From contig NZ_DASSWP010000030.1 in assembly GCF_035704785.1 (NCBI RefSeq), forward strand, positions 17,112-81,111: 64,000 bases of DNA. The letters run 5' to 3'. Below are positions 20,813 to 30,303 of this stretch, piece by piece (position 1 is the stretch's first letter; each line of letters opens with the position of its first letter). Below the pieces are notes generated by a model. The model was not told the origin of the DNA and ran no database searches. It saw nothing but the letters and a program-made list of their open reading frames with translations. The translations under genes and the position numbers were made by a program. The DNA comes from Gracilimonas sp. (GTDB taxonomy: Bacteria; Bacteroidota; Rhodothermia; Balneolales; Balneolaceae).

Positions 20813-21835
20813 TTATTCTTTTCTGGAAGAGTATGAGGGAATGATCATTGAAATTACAATGAATAAAAGAGCTAATGCTCCCATCCATTGATATTGGTTT
20901 TTATAATCTGCGTATTCTTGAGATGCGAATTCACCTTTTTCAAGGTCATCCATGCGTGCTAAAAATGCATCGATGCCATCATTTCCCCGTTCTATGGAAT
21001 AGTATTCCCCATTACCTTTTTTAGCTATATTTCTTAAAGTTTGGCTTTGAAGCTGGGTAGTTACAACCTGTCCATTATTATCTCGTTTATACCCAATGAT
21101 CCTGTCGGTCCCTTCTTCGTATAAAGGTATAGTCGTTCCTTCATTTGTTCCTACACCTAAGGTATATATTAAAATATCTTCCGAGATCAATTTTTCAAGT
21201 GCCTCATCATAAGATTGCCCATGATCTTCACCATCAGAAATGATCAACAAGACTTTAGCGGCATCAGTCCCATTTTCTTCAAGCGCTGAAAAAGCCTCAA
21301 GAGATGTTTCCATCGCAGACTTAAAATCCGTTGCTGAACTTGGCATTTGTTCAGTATCCGCGATATCTAAGAACAGGCGTAATGCAGAATAATCAAGGGT
21401 CATAGGACTTTGGAGGTAGGCCTCTCCGGTAAAAACGACTAGTCCAACCCGGTCTCCATGAAGCCTTTCGATCAAACGATTTATCTCAAACTTGGCCTTT
21501 TCCAACCGGCTGGGGCGTACATCTTCTGCATTCATGCTTGCTGACAAATCAAGTGCCACCAACATATCAATTCCCTCCCTTTTGATCTCACGAACTTCAG
21601 TACCAATTTTTGGACCGGCAAAAGCCACAATTAGAAAAAATAAACCCGCAAGCATCGAAATATTTTTAAGGCGGTTCCCTAATGACCAGTACCCTTTTCT
21701 TAAGGAATTGAAAAGTTCAGGGCTAAAATACTTTTTCTGTAAATCCCGTACCCTAACCGATTTCCACCAAAGCAGTACAATGGCTACAGGTATTAATGAT
21801 AACAACCAAAGATAAAGTGAGTTTTCCCAGATCAT
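20813..21835 (-). CDS. VWA-domain membrane protein, BatB-like
   Basis: N-terminal TM, ALDLSASM MIDAS motif, PSRLEKAK, ISDGEDH, C-terminal TM. Confidence 0.85.
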   Translation of the reverse strand: MIWENSLYLWLLSLIPVAIVLLWWKSVRVRDLQKKYFSPELFNSLRKGYWSLGNRLKNISMLAGLFFLIVAFAGPKIGTEVREIKREGIDMLVALDLSASMNAEDVRPSRLEKAKFEINRLIERLHGDRVGLVVFTGEAYLQSPMTLDYSALRLFLDIADTEQMPSSATDFKSAMETSLEAFSALEENGTDAAKVLLIISDGEDHGQSYDEALEKLISEDILIYTLGVGTNEGTTIPLYEEGTDRIIGYKRDNNGQVVTTQLQSQTLRNIAKKGNGEYYSIERGNDGIDAFLARMDDLEKGEFASQEYADYKNQYQWMGALALLFIVISMIIPSYSSRKE

Positions 21836-21959
21836 ATTTTACTTTATTAAGCTATACTTAAGATAGAGATTTTGCGGCCTTAGTTGCAGTAATAAATTGA
21901 TTAATAAATCAATGGTTTAATAGTCGCATCCTTTCTAAAGTTTAGGTCAATAAACTGGT

Positions 21960-22922
21960 CTACAAATTCTCAAATATCCAATCCTGGAATACTTCTTTAA
22001 ATCGAAATGAAAAGTTGCGCCCGACATTTGAGCTCTCCTCATCATAGTCATAACACGGAGAGACAACATGAAAGTAATGGTTAGCTCCGGCTATGCTATA
22101 AGTAGTAAAATTTGAAGGTAAAGAATCCGGGAAAATCATATTTAACTCTTCCATAGCCCAGGATGGATATACACTTCCATCGCTTTCACCAAAAAGGAAT
22201 AATGTAGGAATGGTTATTTCTTTAAGATATTGAGCAGGGTCAAAACCGAGTTTCATCTTCATATGACGCCATTTCTTGGTTATAGCTATCATTGAAACCC
22301 AGTTTTGATGCGATTGAGCTTTCTGTACTGCCTTATTATATGCTAACGTACTGTCCGCTCCATTGCACACGTACTCACTGTGATATTCATTAATAAGCTG
22401 CCGGGTAGGATCAAATGTAGGCCCTGCAACAGAGACCATAAATTTAACGTCTTCGGGTGCTGTTGCCGCAACAATTTGTGCAACCCATCCATCTTCACCA
22501 TGTCCAATGATTCCTATACGGGTAGGATCAACTTCTTTACGTTGCTTTAAAAATGAGACAGCAGCCAATGCATCTTTTGCAAAATCACTCAAAGTAGCAC
22601 GACTCCATCTGCCTTCGGAATCTCCAACTCCTCTGGGATCATAATAAAAAACACCTACTCCTGCTCTTGGAAAAACCGCTTCCAGGTTTTCCTCAATAAA
22701 AATTTCTCGCTGTGGATGAAAATCACCCCATTCATACATGCCTCCCATAAAAATAATAATGGGCACATTTTCGGCAGAATCAGGAAGAACCAAAGTACCA
22801 CTTAATACATTTTCACCACTTCTGAATACTATCTGCTCTCGGGATATATTTTGTGCGTTTAATCCACCCTCCCAGAAAATCAGTGTCAATAATACCAATG
22901 AAATGCTGCTTGCTATCTTCAT
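21960..22922 (-). CDS. Exported alpha/beta hydrolase-fold protein; nucleophile Ser replaced by Gly
   Basis: Signal peptide; LSGTLVLP, YDPRGVGDSEG, VDPTRIGIIGHGEDG, GESD, GANH. Confidence 0.8.
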   Translation of the reverse strand: MKIASSISLVLLTLIFWEGGLNAQNISREQIVFRSGENVLSGTLVLPDSAENVPIIIFMGGMYEWGDFHPQREIFIEENLEAVFPRAGVGVFYYDPRGVGDSEGRWSRATLSDFAKDALAAVSFLKQRKEVDPTRIGIIGHGEDGWVAQIVAATAPEDVKFMVSVAGPTFDPTRQLINEYHSEYVCNGADSTLAYNKAVQKAQSHQNWVSMIAITKKWRHMKMKLGFDPAQYLKEITIPTLFLFGESDGSVYPSWAMEELNMIFPDSLPSNFTTYSIAGANHYFHVVSPCYDYDEESSNVGRNFSFRFKEVFQDWIFENL

Positions 22923-22967
22923 TTTGATAAATAGTCCTTATTAGTTGTACTCATTTTATTCAAAAAT

Positions 22968-23468
22968 TCAATTTAGCTGAGAGAGGATTCTCTTGATCTG
23001 TTTAATATGACGCCGGGTGTGGATTATGTTAAAATGAACCCATTCCAATCGCGTTAAAAATCCATAAACAGGATGCTTAAATGCGAGACACAATTCACCG
23101 GGATCTAATTCCTGGCTCAATTCTGCTATTTTTTTTCGGTTTTCATGAAATTTAAAAATAAGATCCTCTTTTGATTTTTCTCCCTCGGTGGGAAGAATAA
23201 CTCCGGAAGCCTTCATTTTCGTATCCGATTTCAAAAACTGTTCCCTCATCAACTCAAGATTGGCATCAACAGCCCGATCAATTTCTTTTGTTGTTTTACC
23301 GGTTAACAAGCGGGGTATCCCATATTCTGAACGATAAAGGTGTTCGAATACATCCGCAACCGACCATGTATCCTCTTCAGCCTTCATATTGAATTGCGGA
23401 TCTGGAATCGGCTTAGTGATTCCGATCAAGTCCTCTGTATTTTCTAAAAGCTTATTTTTTAAATCCAT
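22968..23468 (-). CDS. DinB family protein
   Basis: WSVADVFEHL, HPVYGFLTRLEWVHF, HTRRHIKQI. Confidence 0.85.
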   Translation of the reverse strand: MDLKNKLLENTEDLIGITKPIPDPQFNMKAEEDTWSVADVFEHLYRSEYGIPRLLTGKTTKEIDRAVDANLELMREQFLKSDTKMKASGVILPTEGEKSKEDLIFKFHENRKKIAELSQELDPGELCLAFKHPVYGFLTRLEWVHFNIIHTRRHIKQIKRILSQLN

Positions 23469-23551
23469 GCATACTTATATGGAAATTGCCTGCCTAAGGT
23501 AATTGAATGGAAGCAAAATTTCAGAAAAAAGATCCTCTAATATCTTGCCTC

Positions 23552-24760
23552 TTAATCATTTCCTTTAGGAGTGAAGGCCTGAATACCGGTGATCTCACGG
23601 CCCAAGATCAGTCCATGAATATCGTACGTGCCTTCATAGGTATTCACAGATTCCAGATTCATAACATGATGAATTACACGGTATTCCCCAACAATACCGT
23701 TTCCGCCATGCATATCTCTGGAGATGCGTGAAATTTCGAGGGCTTTTCCACAATTATGGCGCTTTGCAAGGGAAGTCATTGAAGGATGGTCACGCCCTTC
23801 ATCTTTCAGCTTGCCTAATCTTGAAACAAGCATTTGCATGGAAGTGATGTCGGTAAGCATGTTTGCCAGTTTCGTTTGTATAAGCTGATTGGCAGCTAAT
23901 GGCTTCCCAAATTGCTTGCGGTCTAATACATATTGACGTGCCCGCTGATAACAGAACTCAGCAGCTCCAACTGTTCCCCAGGCTATTCCGTATCGAGCTG
24001 AATTCAAACACATGAACGGCCCTTTAAGTCCTTTTATATCAGGAAACGCATTTTCATCGGGTACAAACACATCATCAAAAACCAATTCACCGGTCTCAGA
24101 TGCTCGCAAACTCATTTTGTATTTGGTGTGCGGAGCTGAAAATCCTTTCATGCCTTTTTCTACCAAAAAGCCTCTTATAACACCTTCTTCCTTTGGGTCT
24201 TCTTTTGCTTTCGCCCAAACTACAGCAACATCCGCTATGGGTGAATTAGTGATCCACATTTTGGCTCCGTTCAACTTCCAGCCTCCATCAGTCTTTACAG
24301 CCGTGGTTACCATAGAACCCGGATCTGAACCGTGATCAGGTTCTGTCAATCCAAAGCAGCCTATCATTTCTCCGGAAGCCAGTTTTGGAAGGAATTTTTG
24401 CTTTTGTTCTTCAGTACCAAACTCTGAGATCGGGTACATCACCAATGACGATTGCACGCTCATAAATGAGCGGTAACCGGAGTCGACTCTTTCCACTTCC
24501 CGGGCGATCAAACCATAAGCCGTATAGCTTGCTTCCGATCCGCCGTACTCTTCCGGGATCGTCACGCCGAGCAATCCCATTTCTCCCATTTCACGGGCAA
24601 TACTTTGGTCAAAATATTCTTCGGTATTTCCTTTGAGTGCTCGCGGCTCCAATTTCGATTGGGCATAATCACGAGCCGTTTCCATGATCAGGCGGTCTTC
24701 TTCATTTAATTCTGATTCAAAAAGAAAAGCATCGTCGATGTTGAATAGATTTTTAGGCAT
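23552..24760 (-). CDS. gcdH: Glutaryl-CoA dehydrogenase-type acyl-CoA dehydrogenase
   Basis: [40 protein letters not shown]. Confidence 0.85.
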   Translation of the reverse strand: MPKNLFNIDDAFLFESELNEEDRLIMETARDYAQSKLEPRALKGNTEEYFDQSIAREMGEMGLLGVTIPEEYGGSEASYTAYGLIAREVERVDSGYRSFMSVQSSLVMYPISEFGTEEQKQKFLPKLASGEMIGCFGLTEPDHGSDPGSMVTTAVKTDGGWKLNGAKMWITNSPIADVAVVWAKAKEDPKEEGVIRGFLVEKGMKGFSAPHTKYKMSLRASETGELVFDDVFVPDENAFPDIKGLKGPFMCLNSARYGIAWGTVGAAEFCYQRARQYVLDRKQFGKPLAANQLIQTKLANMLTDITSMQMLVSRLGKLKDEGRDHPSMTSLAKRHNCGKALEISRISRDMHGGNGIVGEYRVIHHVMNLESVNTYEGTYDIHGLILGREITGIQAFTPKGND

Positions 24761-24866
24761 GGGTTGATTTTTTTATCTATTTAGATGATGGTGAATAGTA
24801 AGAAAAATATGGTTCATGCAGAAAATGTTTGTCCGGATTGTATCATCACATGATAAAGTAAAAGAC

Positions 24867-24900
24867 AAAAGCCTGTACCTCATTTGAAATACAGGCTTTT
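24867..24900 (-). terminator. Intrinsic terminator after the acyl-CoA dehydrogenase gene
   Basis: AAAAGCCTGTA-12 nt-TACAGGCTTTT, usable in both directions. Confidence 0.7.
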
Positions 24901-24930
24901 GGGTCTCCAACAACAAACACCGGAGAAATA

Positions 24931-26103
24931 TTATGCGAGTGTCTTCTTCAACTCTCGTGCAATGATCAAGCGCTGAACTTCTGAAGTTCCTTCGCCAATC
25001 GTCATAAGCTTGGAGTCTCGTAGAAAACGTTCAACATGGTATTCTTTGGTATATCCGTAACCACCATGGATTTGAATAGCATCAAGTGCAGCCCGAACAG
25101 AAAGCTCGGAAGCAAACAACTTGGCCATAGATGCTTCGGTGGTGTAAGGCTTGCCAGTGTCTTTGAGCCATGCTGCTCTAAGTACTAATAATCTGGCTGC
25201 TTCAATTTCAGTGGCCATGTCCACCATTTTACCTTCTATGTACTGGAAATTACCTATTTCAGTACCAAACTGCTTTCTTTCCATAGAATACTTCAGCGAT
25301 TCTTCCAATGCGCCTCTGGCTATTCCAACTGAAAGGGCTGCAATTCCAACACGACCCCCATCCAAAACTTTCATTGTATCAACAAATCCCTTTCCTTCAT
25401 CGCCAAGCAGATTTTCGACAGGCACTTCCACGTTCTCAAAAACTACTTCCGTTGTGTCAGATGAGTTCATTCCAAGTTTATGCATACCAGGACCCGGATT
25501 TACTCCATCCCACTCACGCTCTACTATAAATGCAGAAATTCCTTTGGTTCCTTTGTTGGGATCGGTTTTGGCAAGTACAACATAGGTATCTCCCACAGAA
25601 CCTTGAGTGATAAATATCTTTGAGCCATTCAGAATATATTTATCTCCTTTTTTTATAGCCGTCGTTTTCATTCCCGAAGAATCACTCCCTGAGCCTGGCT
25701 CTGTCAAACACCAGGCTGCCAGTTTTTTACCAGAAGTCAATTCTGGCATGTATTTCATTTTCTGCTCGTGGTTTCCTGCCAAAGCAATATGCCCGGTTCC
25801 AAGTGAAGTATGAGAAGCTACCGTTAGTGCCAGAGAGGCATCCCATCGGGCAATTTCTTCAAGCACCAGGCAGAAACTGACCACATCAAATCCGCCGCCT
25901 CCGTACTGTTCATCATGGTAAATCCCAAGCATGCCCAATTCACCAAGTTGCTTAACTATTTCATGGGGAAATTCTTTGCTGTTATCTCTCTCCATAATGG
26001 TAGGTGCTACATTGCGCTCAACGAATTCCTTAACGCTGTCACGGATCATTTTTTGATCGTCTGTAAGCTCAAATGATAATTCTCGGTCTAAAACGGTATC
26101 CAT
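24931..26103 (-). CDS. Acyl-CoA dehydrogenase (short/branched-chain family)
   Basis: [38 protein letters not shown]. Confidence 0.92.
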   Translation of the reverse strand: MDTVLDRELSFELTDDQKMIRDSVKEFVERNVAPTIMERDNSKEFPHEIVKQLGELGMLGIYHDEQYGGGGFDVVSFCLVLEEIARWDASLALTVASHTSLGTGHIALAGNHEQKMKYMPELTSGKKLAAWCLTEPGSGSDSSGMKTTAIKKGDKYILNGSKIFITQGSVGDTYVVLAKTDPNKGTKGISAFIVEREWDGVNPGPGMHKLGMNSSDTTEVVFENVEVPVENLLGDEGKGFVDTMKVLDGGRVGIAALSVGIARGALEESLKYSMERKQFGTEIGNFQYIEGKMVDMATEIEAARLLVLRAAWLKDTGKPYTTEASMAKLFASELSVRAALDAIQIHGGYGYTKEYHVERFLRDSKLMTIGEGTSEVQRLIIARELKKTLA

Positions 26104-26286
26104 GTTCTTATAATACTATCTATTTATAATTGTTTTGTGGAAACGCTTCCAAGATAACGGTTTGTTTATCTAAAATCGTTCAGAAATGTGTAAAATTGTA
26201 CTCTGCCCAAGTTTTAACCTGAGTAATGATCTGTACCGGAAAAGATAAGGCGTTCAGTGAATTAGATTTTTTTGCTTCAAAAAAGG

Positions 26287-28329
26287 TCATTCATCCAAAT
26301 TTTGCTGCCAGTACGCCTGAACAACTTTATCACCAACTAAAATTTGATCCACTACCTCCATTCCCTCAATGACCTCTCCTATTATGGTATATCCCGTATT
26401 TAAGTGAGGTTTCCATTGATGCATTACAAAATACTGACTCCCTTCTGTATCTCTTCCTGCACTTGCTATACCTACCCTTCCTCTTTTATACTCTTTTTCA
26501 GAAGCTTCAGTAGGGACAACATAATCAGGTCCGCCAAAACCATCACCGGTTTCTACATCTCCACCCTGAATTACAAAATTTGGAACAACCCGGTGAAAAG
26601 CTATTCCATCATAAGCTCCGGCAATGGTAAGGCTATCCATCCCTGAAATGGTTGCCGGTGCAGAAAGTACATCCATTGCTATTTTAATAGTGCCTTTTTG
26701 GGTTTCTAATACCCAGACCGGCCCGTATTCAAGTTCAGCAAGTCTTTGCCAGTTAGGGTTTCTGAAATCTTTGGAGATACTTTCCACCTCCGGAATCTCC
26801 CATCCTTGCTGGCGGAAAGTACTGTTTAGGGCTGTATTTCCAATTTTTGCTAATGAATCGATAAGTGGCTTAGACTGCTCTTGAAAATGATCCCTCAATA
26901 ATTGTCCAAAAGCCTGATATACTTCCACATCTTCCGGTAATTTATACGTATTAATCAGTGCCTCCAATTTAGAATAATCATTGTCATCAACTAAGTTTGA
27001 TTCCCTTAATAGTCCTGTAGTCACATAGGTGATGGATCGATCTCCCTTCTCCAAAAGCCTGAAGGCCAGTTCTTTTACTCTTTCAGAATCTATCATAGCT
27101 CTTTGATCCTCAGTCAACTCTCCCCACCAACCGGATAAAGATTGAGCAGCAAATAAGGTCTCCATTCTATTTTCACTGGAAAAATATGGCTCTAACTCAT
27201 TCAGATACGTTTCAGGATCATATTCCTCTTTATAAATGTCCAGTTTCTTCACCAGTAAATATTCATTTCCTTCAGAGAGCGAATCAGCCAGCTCCAGATA
27301 ATTGGACCTTTCAGTTAGTGCGATTATGCCCGAAAGCCGAATCGAAGCCTCCTTCTCCTCATTATCGACCACGCTTGATATAATTACCTGATCAAAATCA
27401 CTCGTCTGTTCGGGATGATCCTTTATTTGGCTTAGGGCTACTTCATTAACAACAGGATTTGAGTGCTCTAAAAGCTGACTATACAGACCTTCTAATTTCT
27501 CACTCCAGCTAAGTTTACCGGAATGTTGAGCAAGCTCAATTGCCAATTGAACGTTCATATTTGATACTTCATCAATAGCTAAGCGTTCGAGAAACCATTC
27601 AGCATCCGTATTAAATAAGATCCCCGCTGCATATTGCTTTATAGCAGGCTGATCGGTCCACTCATAGGTTTCCCAAAGAGTTTGCTGCATTTCCGTGCTC
27701 TCTAATGCCCTATTATTTCTGTAATGCCCATAAAAATAAGCTCTGAATAATTCAGGCTCATCGATCACTGCAGCATAACGAAACAAAACCTTTTGAGATG
27801 AATCGTTTACTTCATGCTCAGTCATCAATCGACTAATGGCCAGTGCAGTTTCATATTCAAAATCTGTGTCGATAAAATTTTCGAAGTTTCGTACTAAAAA
27901 ATCCAATGAAGCCTGATCTCCTTGTTTACCTAATACCAAACTGATTCCATTTCGAAGTGAAGCGCGGGTATTCCAAAGATCTCGCAGCCTCGATAATTGA
28001 TCCTCTGAAAGCTCCTGATTACTTAGAGCACTCCATGCAACAGGGGTATTCTGATACTGCACTTGGGTTATTAAATCATCAATATTGTCCACCGGAGTAC
28101 TTATTAATCCCCGCCAAGCTTGCTCACGAACAAAAGAATTTGGGTGGTCAGTGAATGTTAAAAGAGAATCAGCATTTCTTTCAAAGATGTGCGTATATAA
28201 TTCCGGATAATCTTCAGTTAGTAGCGTGGCATAAGCCGATTCCCTTTCGCAACCTAAAAACACTGTAAGCATGCTACACACCATAAAAATAACACACATA
28301 TTTTTTACACATTCACTATTGAACTTCAT
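26287..28329 (-). CDS. Lipoprotein with HEAT-like helical repeats and a C-terminal cyclophilin-type peptidyl-prolyl isomerase
   Basis: Lipobox FLGC; C-terminal FHRVVPNFVIQGGD...GSQYF; start uncertain (28329, 28299 or later; the track start of 28392 overlaps lexA). Confidence 0.85.
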   Translation of the reverse strand: MKFNSECVKNMCVIFMVCSMLTVFLGCERESAYATLLTEDYPELYTHIFERNADSLLTFTDHPNSFVREQAWRGLISTPVDNIDDLITQVQYQNTPVAWSALSNQELSEDQLSRLRDLWNTRASLRNGISLVLGKQGDQASLDFLVRNFENFIDTDFEYETALAISRLMTEHEVNDSSQKVLFRYAAVIDEPELFRAYFYGHYRNNRALESTEMQQTLWETYEWTDQPAIKQYAAGILFNTDAEWFLERLAIDEVSNMNVQLAIELAQHSGKLSWSEKLEGLYSQLLEHSNPVVNEVALSQIKDHPEQTSDFDQVIISSVVDNEEKEASIRLSGIIALTERSNYLELADSLSEGNEYLLVKKLDIYKEEYDPETYLNELEPYFSSENRMETLFAAQSLSGWWGELTEDQRAMIDSERVKELAFRLLEKGDRSITYVTTGLLRESNLVDDNDYSKLEALINTYKLPEDVEVYQAFGQLLRDHFQEQSKPLIDSLAKIGNTALNSTFRQQGWEIPEVESISKDFRNPNWQRLAELEYGPVWVLETQKGTIKIAMDVLSAPATISGMDSLTIAGAYDGIAFHRVVPNFVIQGGDVETGDGFGGPDYVVPTEASEKEYKRGRVGIASAGRDTEGSQYFVMHQWKPHLNTGYTIIGEVIEGMEVVDQILVGDKVVQAYWQQNLDE

Positions 28330-28379
28330 ACACAAACTCCTTTTATTACACATATATTTTACATTAAATACAGACGACC

Positions 28380-29039
28380 ATGGATAATGCACATTTAACC
28401 CGAAAGCAACACGAATTTTTCAACTTCATTGTAGATTATAAAAAAGAGTACGAAGTATGGCCAACTTACCGTGAAATTGCAGATCATTTTGGATATGCAT
28501 CACCAAATAGCGTTACCCAAAATATACAGGCGTTACTCAAGAAAGGCTATTTAGTTAAACGCAATGATGAAGAATACGATCTGCCTGCGGAAAAGAAAAG
28601 TCTGTTAGGTGAATCTGAGGATCAGGAAGGAGGTATTCCTGTTCGAGGCCTAATCGCTGCCGGTTCATTGCAAGAAGCCGTTGAAGCTAACCTTGGGAGC
28701 ATCACCATGGAAACTCTGTTTCCCGACCTGGAGGACTTATTTGCTCTCAGAGTCACCGGTTTTAGCATGAAAGATGTTGGGATATACGACGGAGATTTTG
28801 TTCTTCTCATGGATACAGATGTCAAGAATGGTGACATCGGTGCAGTCTTATATGATGGAGAAACAAGCCTGAAGAAAATCTACTGGGATGATAATGGTTT
28901 ACGGCTTGAGCCGGCAAATCCCGAATATGATGATATTTTTATTGAACCGGATGTATTTGAAGAAGTTCGAATTATTGGAAAATACATCGGACACGTTAAC
29001 CGCCAAGGGTTCCAGCGAGCGGTCCCTAAAGTGGCTTAA
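28380..29039 (+). CDS. lexA: SOS repressor LexA
   Basis: LTRKQ..PTYREIADHFG winged HTH, IAAG autocleavage site, GFSM catalytic Ser, SLKK catalytic Lys. Confidence 0.88.
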   Translation: MDNAHLTRKQHEFFNFIVDYKKEYEVWPTYREIADHFGYASPNSVTQNIQALLKKGYLVKRNDEEYDLPAEKKSLLGESEDQEGGIPVRGLIAAGSLQEAVEANLGSITMETLFPDLEDLFALRVTGFSMKDVGIYDGDFVLLMDTDVKNGDIGAVLYDGETSLKKIYWDDNGLRLEPANPEYDDIFIEPDVFEEVRIIGKYIGHVNRQGFQRAVPKVA

Positions 29040-29061
29040 TGCTTAAGATCAACTGCAAGAG

Positions 29062-29298
29062 TTAAGGCAACGGAGAATCATCTGGTATATGGGTAGATAG
29101 ATCTTTGTCATCTAAAATAGTCGTTTTCTTGTGAGGCACTTTTAGTCCTTCTTTAATAGTTAAAAAACGGCCATTTGCACCATCTCTGGCCTCATAAAGC
29201 TGAGAGTCTTTTATCCATGCACGTCCGCCGTCATGCTGCAGTCTTTTTGTATTTTTATATTTAAAAGCCTGTTCGTGTAAAGATGGTAATTTTTTCAT
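29062..29298 (-). CDS. Small hypothetical protein (RDGANGRF motif)
   Basis: Fills the gap between lexA and rplU; likely start MKKLPSL at 29298. Confidence 0.5.
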   Translation of the reverse strand: MKKLPSLHEQAFKYKNTKRLQHDGGRAWIKDSQLYEARDGANGRFLTIKEGLKVPHKKTTILDDKDLSTHIPDDSPLP

Positions 29299-29366
29299 GA
29301 TCTGTGATTTATTTTCTTTTCCATACAATTTAAGTGAAGTTTATGAATTAATCAGTTCATATTTGC

Positions 29367-29397
29367 TTTGTTTTGTACCAAGTAACCCTTATCTTTT
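29367..29397 (+). promoter_or_regulatory. Candidate rplU-rpmA promoter (TTTG-N19-TATCTTTT)
   Basis: Bacteroidota-like -33/-7 architecture with a 19-nt spacer. Confidence 0.5.
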
Positions 29398-29438
29398 CAA
29401 GCTCTGAATCAAACGCAAAAGAAAGAAATTAAACAATT

Positions 29439-29951
29439 ATGTACGCTATAGTTGAAATCGGCGGACACCAATACAAAGTAGCAGAAAACGACGTGCTGTT
29501 TGTTGACAAACAAAATGCCGACGGTAAAAAGCTTACATTTGATAAAGTGTTGCTGATAAAAGATGACAAAGGAAATGTAAATGTTGGGACTCCGGTTGTA
29601 GAAGGAGCAGAAATTTCCGCCACTATTTTGGATACTGTTAAAGCTGATAAAGTATTAGTGTTCAAGAAAAAACGTCGCAAAGGATATCAAAAGCTGAATG
29701 GACACCGTCAGGTAATGTCTCAAATTCAAATCGAGAGTATTTCCGCATCCGGTGGTTCCAAAAAGAAAGCAGCTAAAAAAGACGAAGCACCTGCGAAGAA
29801 GGCAGAAGCTAAAAAATCAGCCCCTAAAAAAGAGGAATCTGCTGATTTGAATTCAATGACTGTAGCTGAACTTAAAGAACTTGCTAAAGAAAAAGGCCTT
29901 ACAGGATACTCAAGTTTGAGAAAGGCTGAACTCATTGAAGCTTTAAAATAA
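29439..29951 (+). CDS. rplU: 50S ribosomal protein bL21 with a K/A-rich linker and a C-terminal Rho-N-like domain
   Basis: MYAIVEIGGHQYKV...KKKRRKGYQKLNGHRQ; followed by rpmA. Confidence 0.96.
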   Translation: MYAIVEIGGHQYKVAENDVLFVDKQNADGKKLTFDKVLLIKDDKGNVNVGTPVVEGAEISATILDTVKADKVLVFKKKRRKGYQKLNGHRQVMSQIQIESISASGGSKKKAAKKDEAPAKKAEAKKSAPKKEESADLNSMTVAELKELAKEKGLTGYSSLRKAELIEALK

Positions 29952-29976
29952 TTATCACTACTAAACTCTTACTGTT

Positions 29977-30234
29977 ATGGCACATAAGAAAGGTCAAGGT
30001 TCTACTAGAAACGGACGTGATTCCAACTCAAAACGACTTGGTGTAAAAAAATTCGGCGGAGAATTTGTTCGTGCCGGTGGTATCATTATTCGCCAACGAG
30101 GCACTAAATTTCACCCGGGTGAAAATGTAATGCGCGGTGGAGACGATACACTTTTCGCAACATCTGATGGCACCGTAAATTTTGCTGTTCGCGCAGGTGG
30201 CCGTAAGCACGTAAATGTAGATCCTGTAAACTGA
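29977..30234 (+). CDS. rpmA: 50S ribosomal protein bL27
   Basis: [24 protein letters not shown]. Confidence 0.98.
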   Translation: MAHKKGQGSTRNGRDSNSKRLGVKKFGGEFVRAGGIIIRQRGTKFHPGENVMRGGDDTLFATSDGTVNFAVRAGGRKHVNVDPVN

Positions 30235-30255
30235 TCCTCATTTTAGAAATTTAAG

Positions 30256-30290
30256 AGCCCCTCATATAATTTATGTGAGGGGCTTTTTTT
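30256..30290 (+). terminator. Intrinsic terminator after rpmA
   Basis: AGCCCCTCATATAA/TTATGTGAGGGGCT stem followed by a T run. Confidence 0.88.
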
Positions 30291-30303
30291 GTATCTTAGA
30301 TCT

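Noticed and set aside
28330-28392. Real overlap between the PPIase gene and lexA, as in the ORF track
   Set aside because: Lipobox position implies a later PPIase start; the extension is an artefact of the longest-ORF call
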